Shown: positions 47,940 to 61,206, counted from the first letter of the whole stretch. The stretch: DNA of 63,790 bases, filler included, from Octopus bimaculoides (GCF_001194135.2; 6 parts of 6 records of this genome joined end to end with filler, not necessarily neighbours in it); one strand, 5' to 3'. Program-made: numbers and translations. The notes: generated from the sequence alone by a model not told the origin.

Positions 47940-48340
47940 CACACAGATTGAAGCGGCCGATGTAGGGTTCTTCCGAAGGATTTCCGGAGTAACGCTATTC
48001 GATAAGGTGCGTAGATCGGAGATCGGAGATCAAGGAATCTCTCCAGGTCAAGTCGCTATTTTGCATCGAGCGGTTACACCTCCGGTATTCCGGAGATGTA
48101 AGTAGAATGCCACGGGAAGGAAAGAATCGCAATGTGGATTCTTCAAGCTGAGTCAACCGTCAGGAGACTTTGGGATAGATCAAGAACGAGTTGGCTGGAT
48201 AAAATCTATAGTCTCAATCGGTCGCGTCTGGGAATCCAGTTAGAAATTATAATGACTGTTGCTCTTTGGAGCGGGCGCCTGAGGGTTCTACCCCTAAAAC
48301 CCTCTTAGGAATAGTAGGCGGAGAAGTTGGATGGATGAAG
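47940..48340 (+). mobile_element. RTE LINE C-terminal fragment (second family)
   Basis: QIEAADVGFFRRISGVTLFDKVRRSEI...IERLHLRYSGDVSRMP...RSRTSWLDKI. Confidence 0.8.
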
Positions 48341-48849
48341 ATCGTTTGTGACTAAAATTTGAAAATTGTTAATATATTTACCAGAATTATTAGATTAAAT
48401 ATAATCTATAAGAGGAAATGATTTGCAATATCCATAAGATATAAACAACCAAACCACAAAATCGTTAACGTTCTTCAAAAAGATACGTTGGGCATACATT
48501 AAGATCGATTATGTAATTCTCAGTCAAGTACTAATGTCTATTGACTGTTTCTGGTCATGTAACTACAAGAACCATTGCTGGGGTGATGATGAATTTGTAC
48601 AGTGCAGATCTAAATAGTCTGCGGCACTGAATAATGTTTCTTTAGCTTTGTGAGAGAATCTCATCATTACTATCCATCGAGGATAGCAGGAAAAAAGATG
48701 GTAATGATGAAGAAGTACCATTAAAATGTTCCAGGGGTCCAGTCGATCGTAGCCCATCCAGAAAAGTTGTCATGCGCTTATATTAGAAAGTATAGTTACT
48801 ACCAAGGCTGGAAACCTGACGGATTCGTTATAATGTCAGACAGCTGGCT

Positions 48850-49005
48850 TTCTGTATTTCCTCCAATTCTTTAGGTTGTGAGTTCAAATCTCACCGAGGT
48901 AAACTTTGTCTTTCATCCTTTCGGTGTCAATAAATTATAGTAGCAGACAAGTATCGACTAACCGATTCTCCCCAGAAATTACTGGTTTTGTGTCTAATTT
49001 ATAAA
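48850..49005 (+). mobile_element. SINE family B fragment
   Basis: GAGTTCAAATCTCACCGAGGTAAACTTTGTCTTTCATCCTTTCGGTGTCAATAAA. Confidence 0.75.
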
Positions 49006-49534
49006 CCGGTCTCATTAATATTTTCACAAAATAAAATAGAATATGATAATGTTTGTGTGGAATGCAAACGTAACAAACACACGTATCTGAAGAAAAATAA
49101 TCGAAATCTATATCATTTTAAAAATACTTGAGATTGATTTTTGATGTATTTCAAGAAAAATTTCTTTCTATAAGAAAATATACGCCAGATAACCAGAAAA
49201 CAAATAGAAAACAAACATTACAAAGAAAAAAATGTGTTCTTTCCATTAAAAAAAAAGGCTTCGATGTATTTGTATGTTTTACTAGGAATATATGAATTTA
49301 TATGAATATTCGCCGACGAATATGTCGTTCGAGGTATTGTGTATTTGTTAGCTTGTATATTTTCGATCTGTTTGTTATTCTACGAATATGACTTTCGATC
49401 AATTTGTCTTCAGCTAATATACTTTCTTCTCACACATTTTCGGTGAATGCAGTTTCAATCAACAAGCCGTATGACTTTGTTAATATATTTTAGTAATAAT
49501 GACATATTAGTCACGAGACAAATTTAATTATTTG

Positions 49535-49755
49535 AGTGAGCAGCCAGCAATTTCGGGGGTAAGGTAAGTTGATTACATCGACCCCAGTGCTCAGCTGGTA
49601 CATATTTTAGGAAGGAAGAAATGCAAAGTTGACCTCGGCGAAATTTGAACTTAGAACGTAAAGACAGACAAATTTGAATTTAGAACGTAAAAACAGACAA
49701 AATACCGCTAAGAATTTTGTCCGGCGTGCTAACGATTCTGCTAGCTCATCGCCTA
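49535..49755 (-). mobile_element. SINE family B with an internal duplication of about 25 bp
   Basis: AATTTGAA.TTAGAACGTAAA.ACAGACA occurs twice; ends CTGCTAGCTCATCGCCT. Confidence 0.85.
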
Positions 49756-50195
49756 TATTGTAGAAGCTGATATTATACTCCAGCCTTGTTCACTGATGTT
49801 TTATATTGAACCACGTTTTAATATTTCTGTATGTGAGACGAATTTTGCAACAAAATTTCACAGGCTTCCAGAAGAATATTGGGTTATATTTTTTACTAAA
49901 GTTTTCATACGCTGTTGAAAAGAAGCTGTTTGTTATTTGATTTGTATCATAGAGACTATTGTGATTTTAACTAGTTTTCAGAATCTTAATGCACTGAGTC
50001 TGAGGTGTATTGTACTTATAATTGGCTTCAATACTTACGTTTCAATCTATTTTTTTCTCTAAATGTATGTCTTTTGTAAATTTATAAGAGCATATATATT
50101 TTGTAATAACATTTTTCAATATCTTGCAATCAATCTATTACGTAAAATGATATGTAGATAGAAATGTATTTTATATATCCTGGGAACATTATTTT

Positions 50196-50249
<54 letters not shown>

Positions 50250-50584
50250 ATCTATCTATCTGTCCAACCTAGACAAAATTTGATATCAATAAGAGAAAAA
50301 ACAATGTCAATTTCTTTATTATGCACTTATGTGCTTCATCTTTGTAGCACACGCACACATATACACACATATACACAAATAGACACACACTTATACACAC
50401 ACAAACACACACACATCTGCGCACGAACGCACACACGCACATATACACGCACAAACACACACTCACCAACATAACAATCACAGACACTTGTTTATACATC
50501 CTGTATAATCTTTTGAATTCATTCTGTAAGAAAGGAACGAAAATACAAAAATCCATTGTTAGAATACAGATAACAGAAATAACG

Positions 50585-50950
50585 TCACATTTTGAATTTG
50601 ACAAAGACCTCACATACTTTTACTTTCCAGTTACAAAGTGTATTTATAATGTGCGTGACAGCTGGGTTCATTTCTTTTTCTGAAAACCAAAGCTCTTCCA
50701 GATAGTCAATTAGGCGTTTACTAAGGTAAACACGTGCACCAATTATTCTTAGCAGCATAAATGTGGATTTATAATTTGGGTATAGAAGCTGAAAAATTCG
50801 CAATAGGTACTCGTTGTTATCATCTTTCTGTTTGATTTGCCCTTCACCTAGGCACCCGATCTTTGTGAGAGTTAATGCTTTTTCTTATCTGTCGTCAAAA
50901 ATTATATCCGGCCTGTTATGTTTGCACTCAGTAGTTTTGATAGGAATTTT
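50585..50950 (-). mobile_element. Restriction-like endonuclease (REL) C-terminus of an R4/Dong- or NeSL-type non-LTR retrotransposon, decayed
   Basis: One frame joins two ORF-track entries through a single stop: KIPIKTTECKHNRPDIIFDDR*EKALTLTKIGCLGEGQIKQK...FQLLYPNYK...IIGARVY...YLEELWFS...VKVCEVFVKF. This matches the HNRPDI..D, E-x-x-CP, K..KY and P.IIGA.G REL pattern. Confidence 0.78.
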
Positions 50951-50990
50951 CTGTCTGTCTGTCTGCCTGTTTGCCTGCCTGCCTGCCTGC

Positions 50991-51037
<47 letters not shown>

Positions 51038-51254
51038 ACTGCCTGCCTGCCTGCCTGCCTGTCTGTCTGTCATTGTTTAGTTTTATTTCAAGATTTCTTG
51101 CCGATAGAGAAAGAGCCGGTTTCTAACCTCGATCCAAGGCTCCTTTATAGGAATTTCAACATCAACAACAGAGTATGTATGTATGTATGTATGTATGTAT
51201 GTATGTATGTACGTACGTATGTATGTATTTGTTTCACCAAAATATTTGTTTCAG

Positions 51255-51413
51255 CAAAATATTTGTTTCAACTTTTGGCACAATGCCAGCATTTCTCGAT
51301 TGCATCGACACCAGTGCTCAACTGGTATTTATTCTATCGACTCCGAAAAGATGAAAGCTAAAGTCGACCTCGGTGCAATTTGAACCCGGAACGTAAAGAC
51401 AGACGAAATACCT
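51255..51413 (-). mobile_element. SINE family B, 3' part
   Basis: GTTTCAACTTTTGGCACAATGCCAGC...CCGAAAAGATGAAAGCTAAAGTCGACCTCGG...AGACGAAATACC. Confidence 0.85.
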
Positions 51414-52646
51414 TTAGGAGAAAACGCAAAATATTTCAGTCACTATATGTGGGATCCTCTACTGTGATACCAATATATGCATGATATCTTCTACTGTGAT
51501 ATCATTCCGCATAGATTTTGTGTTAGCAGCTATGTACAATGTAATGGCTTTCAAGAAAACCAAGAGATTCACATTGTAAGGAAATATATTTTGGACTAAA
51601 TGACGTCGTTTATGTGTTAATTAATATGCAAATTTATTTCTCATCGCTTATTCAAACATATAAAAATTTCATTCGTACATTGATACATCTATTATTCACG
51701 CATGCACACGTACACACTCAAACACACAGACGTATACAATAACGCACACAAACACACACACACACATACATACGCACGCATGTACACAGAATTCACTTTC
51801 TCAATTCCATCATCATTCACACATACACATACATATCTCTCTGCGTTTGTATGTTTGTGCGTCAATATGTATATGAGCTTGTGTATGTATGTTAATGGCA
51901 ATGTGTGTGCATATGTTCAAAACTTGAAAATGTTGTTTTGGGTTAGTAGTTGTCTATGATTACACACACACACACANNNNNNNNNNNNNNNNNNNNNNNN
52001 NNNNNNNNNNNNNNNNNNNNNNNNNNNNNNNNNNNNNNNNNNNNNNNNNNNNNNNNNNNNNNNNNNNNNNNNNNNNNNNNNNNNNNNNNNNNNNNNNNNN
52101 NNNNNNNNNNNNNNNNNNNNNNNNNNNNNNNNNNNNNNNNNNNNNNNNNNNNNNNNNNNNNNNNNNNNNNNNNNNNNNNNNNNNNNNNNNNNNNNNNNNN
52201 NNNNNNNNNNNNNNNNNNNNNNNNNNNNNNNNNNNNNNNNNNNNNNNNNNNNNNNNNNNNNNNNNNNNNNNNNNNNNNNNNNNNNNNNNNNNNNNNNNNN
52301 NNNNNNNNNNNNNNNNNNNNNNNNNNNNNNNNNNNNNNNNNNNNNNNNNNNNNNNNNNNNNNNNNNNNNNNNNNNNNNNNNNNNNNNNNNNNNNNNNNNN
52401 NNNNNNNNNNNNNNNNNNNNNNNNNNNNNNNNNNNNNNNNNNNNNNNNNNNNNNNNNNNNNNNNNNNNNNNNNNNNNNNNNNNNNNNNNNNNNNNNNNNN
52501 NNNNNNNNNNNNNNNNNNNNNNNNNNNNNNNNNNNNNNNNNNNNNNNNNNNNNNNNNNNNNNNNNNNNNNNNNNNNNNNNNNNNNNNNNNNNNNNNNNNN
52601 NNNNNNNNNNNNNNNTATGTATATACATATATATATATACATATAT

Positions 52647-52698
<52 letters not shown>

Positions 52699-52709
52699 TA
52701 GACATATGC

Positions 52710-52742
<33 letters not shown>

Positions 52743-52810
52743 GTATAAACATATGCATATGTATATATATAGCTTACACATTATGGATGTGTGTGTGTGC
52801 GTATGTGTGC

Positions 52811-52844
<34 letters not shown>

Positions 52845-53914
52845 TTAAATATATATATACGTTTGTGTAGATATATATATGTATATACATACACACACAT
52901 ACCTGCCATTATTCGTAGGCGTTTGTGTGAATATGTGTAAATTCTCTCTATCTGTATGTATTTGTCTGTGAGTGTGCGTGTGTATGTGCACGCGCACATA
53001 CGTATGTGTCTGTGGTTGTGTATGTAGGGTTTTTTGAATATGGAGGAACTGGTTTATTTGTCACTGTCTGGAGAACATAAGAAGCATCCAACAGCTCACT
53101 GATCACAGCTATCAATAATTTTTAATGTATTTTACGCTAAATTTCCCTTCATACACACACACACTAAGACATACACACATAGGCACACACACACATACAC
53201 TCACAAAAAAATATACACATGCACGCATATTTAAACACCCACTAATTAACCGATCTTTGAAAACTTAGCATTAAATTTTTTCTTCATTATCATTTGAGTG
53301 ACAGAACAAAGAAAAACAAACAAATAAACAAAGAGTTTCTGTTGAAATCTGTCATCAGAATTGTTGACCAATGAGATTTTGAGATGTCCTACATTATTTT
53401 CGTTTTATACAATTACTTTCGCATGAGGTGCTTATATTCGAGGCTGCAGGGTACTGGTCAGCGACTGGTGAGGGCCACTGGTGTCGTGGTTTCTAATTAT
53501 CTCCCTTGATTTACCTTCGCTTCTCGTAATTTGAAACTATTTTCAGCTTACCGAGTTATAGACTGAAATTGACTTCAAATGACTCCAAAATGGCAGTTGG
53601 AAGCCGCCACAAGGCCCAGTGCTTGTGTGCCTAACTGAGCCCGTGCTATACCAGCAGAGCACGAGCTTCTGATTGGGTCTCCCATGCTGGACAGGTCAAA
53701 CGGCAGATGTCAGACTAATATGGATAAAACTTCCCCAGAGGTAAAAGTGTTTTGCGTTGGGATAACACCCCTATTTATAAAAAATTAAGCGAAGTTACAG
53801 AAGTATCGATTGTAATTCAAACCCAACAAAAACCCAGTAGAGAAAGTCCTTCGGTCCGGAATCAAGAACACTGGAGAAAAGTTGTCGATGTTTACTGCTC
53901 CGTATTTTTAAAGG

Positions 53915-54090
53915 TAGCGTGCTGGCTGAATCGTTAGAGCGTTGGAAAAAATGCCTTGCAGCATTTCTCCCGATTTTTAAAATATATTCTGATCACTCTT
54001 GCTGAGATCAACTTAGTCTCTCATCCTTTCGAGATCGATAAAACCAGTAACATCTAAACACCAGGGTCAATATAATCGACTTCATCCTAA
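53915..54090 (+). mobile_element. SINE family B, diverged
   Basis: AAGGTAGCGTGCTGGCTGAATCGTTAGAGCG...TCATCCTTTCGAGATCGATAAA...GGGTCAATATAATCGAC. Confidence 0.75.
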
Positions 54091-54474
54091 AAACTACTAG
54101 CTTTTTTCTAAAGTATTATTGTTATAATAATAATAATAATAATAATTATTATTATTATTATTATATTTGTTAATAAAAGGATTTGTTTCGGCGCTCGAAA
54201 AATTGTTATCAAATTTCATTTTGAACAAAGTAATTTTGGTTTTTGTTGTACCATTTTGTTATGAAGCCAAGTAGCATCCTTTGAGGCTAGACAGTTTTGT
54301 GAAATTTTCACCCCTTCGGGGCAAATTTTGTGAGTTTGTGTAGCTAAGTTACATATTGCAAAAATGAAAAAAACAAAACAAAACAAAAAGAAGCAATATT
54401 GCTTCTCAAATCGATAGCTGTTCCAAGAGCCAGTAAAAATCATTTCCCATAACTGTCTGCTACTTACACTACAG

Positions 54475-55068
54475 TCGAAAGAGAATGCACGAGTAACAAT
54501 AGTAATGATATCAACAACAAAACAACAACGAAGAAACCAAAAACAACTCCAATGAAAAGAAATGTAAAAGCACCACTATTACCGCACCTAACGCCGCCAC
54601 TACAACAACTACTACAACAGCATAGGTGACAAGTATGACAAAGAGACATTGAAACAAACGTGATCTCCATTATCTTCACCACCAGCACGAACAAGGAATG
54701 CAAATACGCATCTCACCATACGTTTAGGATAATTTATCTACATTTCAAACAGGAATCTTGAATTTATCTACAAATTCAAGAGGATAAAACCAAAGCAATT
54801 CATAACAGTCGAGAGTAGAAAGCCGAGAATCCATATATGTGGTAACTCAAGCCATCTTAGAGATTTCAACCCACTGAAACACAAAGGAGTAGGAAGACTT
54901 CTTTATCACCACAACAGTGACATCTACAACAAAAACAGTTGCAGTATCTACAATACTAGTGCCAATTGCAACAGTATCAAAGGCAGCAACAGCAGCATCA
55001 AAGGAGCAACAGAAATACACTCGGCAACAGCAACAGCAGTAGACAAAAACACAGTAATTCAGAAATAA
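54475..55068 (+). CDS. Possible two-exon low-complexity (N/T/Q/S-rich) coding segment
   Basis: Acceptor ...ACTACAG|54475-54625|GTGACA, a 127-bp intron, then ...TTTCAAACAG|54753-55068 ending TAA. Phases are compatible, giving about 155 aa. No homology recognised; the A/C-rich strand makes open frames likelier by chance. Confidence 0.25.
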
Positions 55069-55257
55069 AGTATCGTCAACGCTACCACAATCTGAAGGGA
55101 CCTCATCCACTCTACTCAACCACATTTCAAGCATAAACATAAACACAATTGTGAAGAAATTCATCTTTCCCTGTCAAAGATATCTCTGGCTATAAAGCCG
55201 CCTGGCAAGGAAATTAGTTTGGAATACTCGCCAAGATGGATACAAGTTAAGAGAAAA

Positions 55258-55327
<70 letters not shown>
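55258..55327. repeat. (GA)n microsatellite
   Basis: Direct reading. Confidence 0.95.
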
Positions 55328-55330
<3 letters not shown>

Positions 55331-55575
55331 TGGAAAAGAGAGAGAGAGAAAGAGGCAAGGAGACAAAGAGAAAGAGACAGAGAGTAAAAAAGAAAATGAA
55401 AAAATGAAAAACATCTCAGACAATGAAGGACGAACACCTAAGATGAGGAAACACTAAAATCTGCAGTCGCTCATTCGCACATCTAAAACTAACTCAACCA
55501 GAAATCTCTGCAGCACTACAAACACCACCGTTCATAAAAGCAACAAAGTGAAATCACAGATCGAAGTTAAGAATC

Positions 55576-56645
55576 CAGGCGTGGCTGTGTGGTAAGGAGA
55601 TTGCTTCCTAGCCACATGGTTTCAAGTTTAGTCCCACTGCGTAGCACCTTGGGCAAGAGTCTTCTACTAGCCTCGAGCCGACCAAAGCCTTGTGAGTGGA
55701 TTTAGTAGACGGAAACTGAAAGAAGCTCGTCGCATATGTATATATATATATATATATNNNNNNNNNNNNNNNNNNNNNNNNNNNNNNNNNNNNNNNNNNN
55801 NNNNNNNNNNNNNNNNNNNNNNNNNNNNNNNNNNNNNNNNNNNNNNNNNNNNNNNNNNNNNNNNNNNNNNNNNNNNNNNNNNNNNNNNNNNNNNNNNNNN
55901 NNNNNNNNNNNNNNNNNNNNNNNNNNNNNNNNNNNNNNNNNNNNNNNNNNNNNNNNNNNNNNNNNNNNNNNNNNNNNNNNNNNNNNNNNNNNNNNNNNNN
56001 NNNNNNNNNNNNNNNNNNNNNNNNNNNNNNNNNNNNNNNNNNNNNNNNNNNNNNNNNNNNNNNNNNNNNNNNNNNNNNNNNNNNNNNNNNNNNNNNNNNN
56101 NNNNNNNNNNNNNNNNNNNNNNNNNNNNNNNNNNNNNNNNNNNNNNNNNNNNNNNNNNNNNNNNNNNNNNNNNNNNNNNNNNNNNNNNNNNNNNNNNNNN
56201 NNNNNNNNNNNNNNNNNNNNNNNNNNNNNNNNNNNNNNNNNNNNNNNNNNNNNNNNNNNNNNNNNNNNNNNNNNNNNNNNNNNNNNNNNNNNNNNNNNNN
56301 NNNNNNNNNNNNNNNNNNNNNNNNNNNNNNNNNNNNNNNNNNNNNNNNNNNNNNNNNNNNNNNNNNNNNNNNNNNNNNNNNNNNNNNNNNNNNNNNNNNN
56401 NNNTGTGTGTGTGTGTGTGTGTGTGTATGCATGTGTATGTGTCTGTGTCTGTGTTTGTCCCGCATCCCGCTTGACAATCGGTGTCGGCGTGTCGGTGTGT
56501 TTACATCTCCGTAACTTAGAGGTTTGGTGAAAGAGACCGATAAAGTAAGTACCAGGCTTAAAAGAATTAACAAGTCACTATCGACCTATAATACTCCAAG
56601 GTGTTGCCCCAGCATGGCGGCAATCTAACGACTGAAACAAACAAA
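55576..56645 (+). mobile_element. SINE family A head and tail on either side of a gap
   Basis: CAGGCGTGGCTGTGTGGTAAGG...; tail CCCAGCATGGCGGCAATCTAACGACTGAAACAAACAAAAG. Confidence 0.8.
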
Positions 56646-57744
56646 AGAGAGAAGAGAAGACAAATCAGCGACGAAACAAGGACCAAAGAAAACAAATCTT
56701 TAAAGACACCAGGCCCAGATGTAGTTCAATGCTGCACAAGAACACGTCTTTACTTGATAAGATAACCTTTTCAATGCTTGTCAGCCGTACCATGATAGAT
56801 GACAACAAAATGAAGTACCCTAATAAAGAAAGCTATAAAACACGGAGAACTGAATTGATTATCCGCAGCGCTATTATAGGTGGTTTATTGCTGACATAGA
56901 AATTATTGACAGGATTAATAGCTGATGCCACGTACTTATTCAATGAATATTCATTCCTAATTCTTGAGGAACTGACAGGAAGCTAGTGTATAAGAGCCTA
57001 CTTTATATTGGCATAACCATACTTCAGAAAATGATAAATAGGAACAAAAATAGGAAAATCTAACTGAGAAGGAAGGCTTAACTTATAGAAACGACATGTA
57101 AAAGTTCATGTCACTCGGTGCAATTGTGATTTTAAAATGTATTTTTTAAGGAGGCATAACTTCCTTTCGCTTTGTGGTTGTTTTGGCTCTAATTCAACGA
57201 AAAAGCAAACCAAAGTACATTTATTTATTTTTTATTGGTTTGAAAGTCTCAGTTATTGAACTGCGGGCGGCCATGCTGGAGCAGCGTCCTAGTGAGTTTA
57301 GCTTGACAATTCGATTCCAGTACTTATGTTTTTAAATTTAGGGTTGCTTATTTTATTGGTTAATTCGCGGAACCGCAAGACTGCGAGGCCAAAATAAACT
57401 AGCATCCNNNNNNNNNNNNNNNNNNNNNNNNNNNNNNNNNNNNNNNNNNNNNNNNNNNNNNNNNNNNNNNNNNNNNNNNNNNNNNNNNNNNNNNNNNNNN
57501 NNNNNNNNNNNNNNNNNNNNNNNNNNNNNNNNNNNNNNNNNNNNNNNNNNNNNNNNNNNNNNNNNNNNNNNNNNNNNNNNNNNNNNNNNNNNNNNNNNNN
57601 NNNNNNNNNNNNNNNNNNNNNNNNNNNNNNNNNNNNNNNNNNNNNNNNNNNNNNNNNNNNNNNNNNNNNNNNNNNNNNNNNNNNNNNNNNNNNNNNNNNN
57701 NNNNNNNNNNNNNNNNNNNNNNNNNNNNNNNNNNNNNNNNNNNN

Positions 57745-57885
57745 NNTCTGCTACTTATTTTAACGACCCCGGAAGAATGAAAGCAAAGTCGACCCTGGTG
57801 GTATTTGAATTTAGAACGTAAAGACGGACGAAATGCCGCTAACATTCTGTCTGGCGTGCTAACGACTCTTCCAGCTCACCGCCTT
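57745..57885 (-). mobile_element. SINE family B, 5' part
   Basis: CCCCGGAAGAATGAAAGCAAAGTCGACC...CTTCCAGCTCACCGCCTT. Confidence 0.85.
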
Positions 57886-58493
57886 ATTAAAAATATAATA
57901 CTGATATAGTTTCTTATTGTTACATTACTACATGTACACACATGCATTTATTTATATACAAAATGTTGCGTACGTGGCTAACGAGTATTAATTAATGGGA
58001 AAAAAAGGAAAAAAAACTCTTCATGTTTTAGTTCTTAGAAACAGTGAAAACATATTCTTTTAAACATACATACTTTAAGTCACGTGATAAAGTCACATGC
58101 GCTTACTACGTCACATACATAATCACAGACGTAACACGCAACCGTACAGCTATTACATCATTTTGTTATAGAAGATTCCTACCTAATCAGATGCTCGAAC
58201 ATTGAGTGATCACCTGATGTTAGCTATTTCTGCTGCATCTGTTGACATTTGAACTGTACTGCACGTATATTGCTTTCATTCATCTATCTGGATTATCATG
58301 GTGACCTTCAATCTGTGAAAGGTCATATATTCATGTTATACGGAAAGCAGAACAGTTCCAGTTTTATAAACGACCATGATGTTTGACATTTATGCTTGAA
58401 GCTATCGCCTGATACACGAATAAACATTCTCCTAATCAGATAGTTAACTTACACAAACACACATGCGCATACGTACGTACATACATACATACA

Positions 58494-58527
<34 letters not shown>

Positions 58528-58647
58528 CATACATACATACATACATACATACATCTTTGCTTACATATAAACATACATAAACACATACACAGACATGTAT
58601 ATTAACGTATACACACCATATGCACACATATGTACATACATTTATAA

Positions 58648-58687
<40 letters not shown>

Positions 58688-58779
58688 ACGTATTATATAT
58701 AGGTGTATGTGTCTGTGTTAAGACATACATACTGTACATGAAAATATCAATCTGTCTAAGTCTATTTGCACGCACACTC

Positions 58780-58815
58780 ACACAAACACACACACACACA
58801 CTCTCACACGCACAC

Positions 58816-58910
<95 letters not shown>
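58780..58910. repeat. (CA)n microsatellite
   Basis: Direct reading. Confidence 0.95.
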
Positions 58911-58911
<1 letters not shown>

Positions 58912-60227
58912 CCATACATACATATATACGTATAAGCGTTCAGACTATTGGTTGTTCATTTCTATTGCAAGAGAGAGAGTTATCTTTGCCAAGAGTCCGT
59001 TTTGACTTTTGATTTTCTCGTTAGTGAACCAGAAGGACCGGAATATATAGGATAATCTTATTGCACTTGTTAAATTCAAATTTCATTTCTTTTCCTTTCG
59101 TTTCAACCATAGAATCCCTAATACTTGCATTGCATATAGATGTTGTTTCAATCTTGTTGATTCTCTTTAGAATTGAGTAACCATGGACTTAGAGATCTAT
59201 TAGTTACATACGTTACGTTACATACTTTATGGCAGAGAAGAGACAAGCAAGGCATATAATGACAGTACCACACAGACATATACACATGCATACTTATATA
59301 CATACTGTTTAAACATTCCCCCATACATATGATTTCATATACATATGTCTTGACTTTGCGATATGCACTTCGCCGTATGTCATTCTTAAGCCACACCTAC
59401 TTTGTATAAGTAGGTAACATGCATAATTCATTCAATTGGTGTGAACTAGTGATTGGAGACAGTTCATTAAATTTCTGAATGAATACTAGAGCATTTATGC
59501 TATAATTATCAGCCTCGTTAAATAACTAATTAACCTTCTGACCACATCCATTAAAAAAGAATTATTGAAGATCATAATATTATTTGTTTCAAAGTGGAAT
59601 TTAGTATGTAGGAGTTCGCAACTAATATCGTTTATTACGGCTTCAGTAATAACATCAGGGAAGAACAGAAGTAAAGTAACACCGGAAAAGATAAACTGAT
59701 CTGATTAGCTGAAGTTATACAGAAGAAACATAAACTAAGAAATACAATTTTACCTGAAATTATGGATTCAATAATTACTTATCAAATTGATATGAAACGG
59801 TAAAAAATAACAAAAAGATTGCGATTTTGGTTTCATGAATAGAATGTAACGAAACTGGGACGAAATTCTCCAACACCAAAATTGCATCACAGCAAAACAA
59901 TTCTAAGGACAAGCAATTCGGTGATTGTAATTCTATCCTCCTGATTGTGAATAGTACACAAATAACAGACAACGAACATTGTTGGTCACACATGGGACAC
60001 GCGTGACAGCAAACTTGACTCCGACTGTTGCTAAATTTGACCTCAAAATTTAGACTGATCATTCACAACTAGAAATTTCGATGAAATGTATATTAAGAAC
60101 TAAGAGTGCGAAGGATAAAAATAACTGAAATTTATTTTGAATGAAATGTTTCCAGAGGATATTATACTGTTTTTAAAATTCCCGCTACAAGACAGACCAC
60201 AACATTATTTTGTTTCTAAAACTCCAG

Positions 60228-60303
60228 CTACAAGATGGACTACATTTAACTAGTGTCACTATGAGAATCACTGAATTAGTGTTGATCATGATCAATGACA
60301 TAG
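60228..60303 (+). other. Exon-like segment, 76 nt, unidentified
   Basis: TTATTTTGTTTCTAAAACTCCAG| ... ATAG|GTAAGG; one open frame LQDGLHLTSVTMRITELVLIMINDI. Confidence 0.2.
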
Positions 60304-60877
60304 GTAAGGAATATTTCCAGAAGAGTAATGACTCTTCGTTTTGACAAATAAATGCCTGTTTATGTGTCCTATCCATAACTTTTAAGCATTATCTTGGACA
60401 ATATTTAAACGTAAACAAAGGAAAAGCAATAAAAATGCCACCAAGAATATTTAGAAAACGGAAAATAAACGTTTATCTACGAAAGGCTATCAGTCATTTT
60501 GGTGATAGTTATCATATGAAAGCAATCAAATAACTATACTTCTCCCGATCAAAAAAAGGATGGTGGGGAGAAGAAAGAAATATAAACTAGAAACAGTGTT
60601 TGCAGATAGCAAAAGGAAAACACTCGAGTATAAATCAATCTCCTTGAAATAGGAGTTAAAAGCTGTTTGAGAAACTTCGGCAAAAGAAGAAAGGGATCGG
60701 AAAACTATTTATTAAATAAAAATTCAGTGGATACCAATCAGCCATCTACAATGATATGAAGAAGTGGGGTGGTGGTGGTGGGGGTCGCTGAGGATTATTG
60801 TTAGGGAGGTACGGGCTCAGTTTGGAGAAAAATCTGGAATGAGTAAAAAGAATTCAACTAAGATGCAGCACATCTTT

Positions 60878-60977
60878 NNNNNNNNNNNNNNNNNNNNNNN
60901 NNNNNNNNNNNNNNNNNNNNNTTAATTAATTAANNNNNNNNNNNNNNNNNNNNNNNNNNNNNNNNNNNNNNNNNNNN
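60878..60977. other. Artificial scaffold linker
   Basis: 44 N + TTAATTAATTAA + 44 N. Confidence 0.95.
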
Positions 60978-61206
60978 CGGTAGCACTGCCAGGCGAGGGA
61001 CCTTTGGAAATTATCCATGGGCCCCGGCCCGAAAGTTCTCCTGAACAGACTGCTTAGCTGATTATCCTCGACGCCTAGAGTTTCCCCGAGAACGTCGTCG
61101 CACTTTTCTCCCACTAACCCTCTATAGAACGCTAGAGTGGAGCTACTACCAATCGCACTGCCCGCCTGACCGAGGGTGGTGAGAGCTTGGCAGCACTCGA
61201 GGTGCC

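Noticed and set aside
50618-50788. Host internal exon spliced to 47144
   Set aside because: It is better explained as part of a REL retrotransposon frame that continues upstream of the apparent acceptor.
53430-53745. HDV-like ribozyme in a possible RTE 5' UTR remnant
   Set aside because: It resembles RTE leaders (GGTCTCCCATGCTGGACAGGTC...CAGACTAA), but I could not build the nested double pseudoknot by eye.
10274-58935. Most ORF-track entries (YIYI, CVCV, THTH, LSLS, poly-X)
   Set aside because: They are translations of microsatellites or N gaps and have no coding signal.
47620-59700. A long decayed minus-strand ORF or endogenous virus linking protein-like frames at about 47620-47930, 48480-48790, 49280-49520 and 59300-59700
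   Set aside because: The frames contain multiple stops, share no recognisable motif, and are compatible with chance in AT-rich DNA. A TBLASTX/HMM search would be needed to revive the idea.
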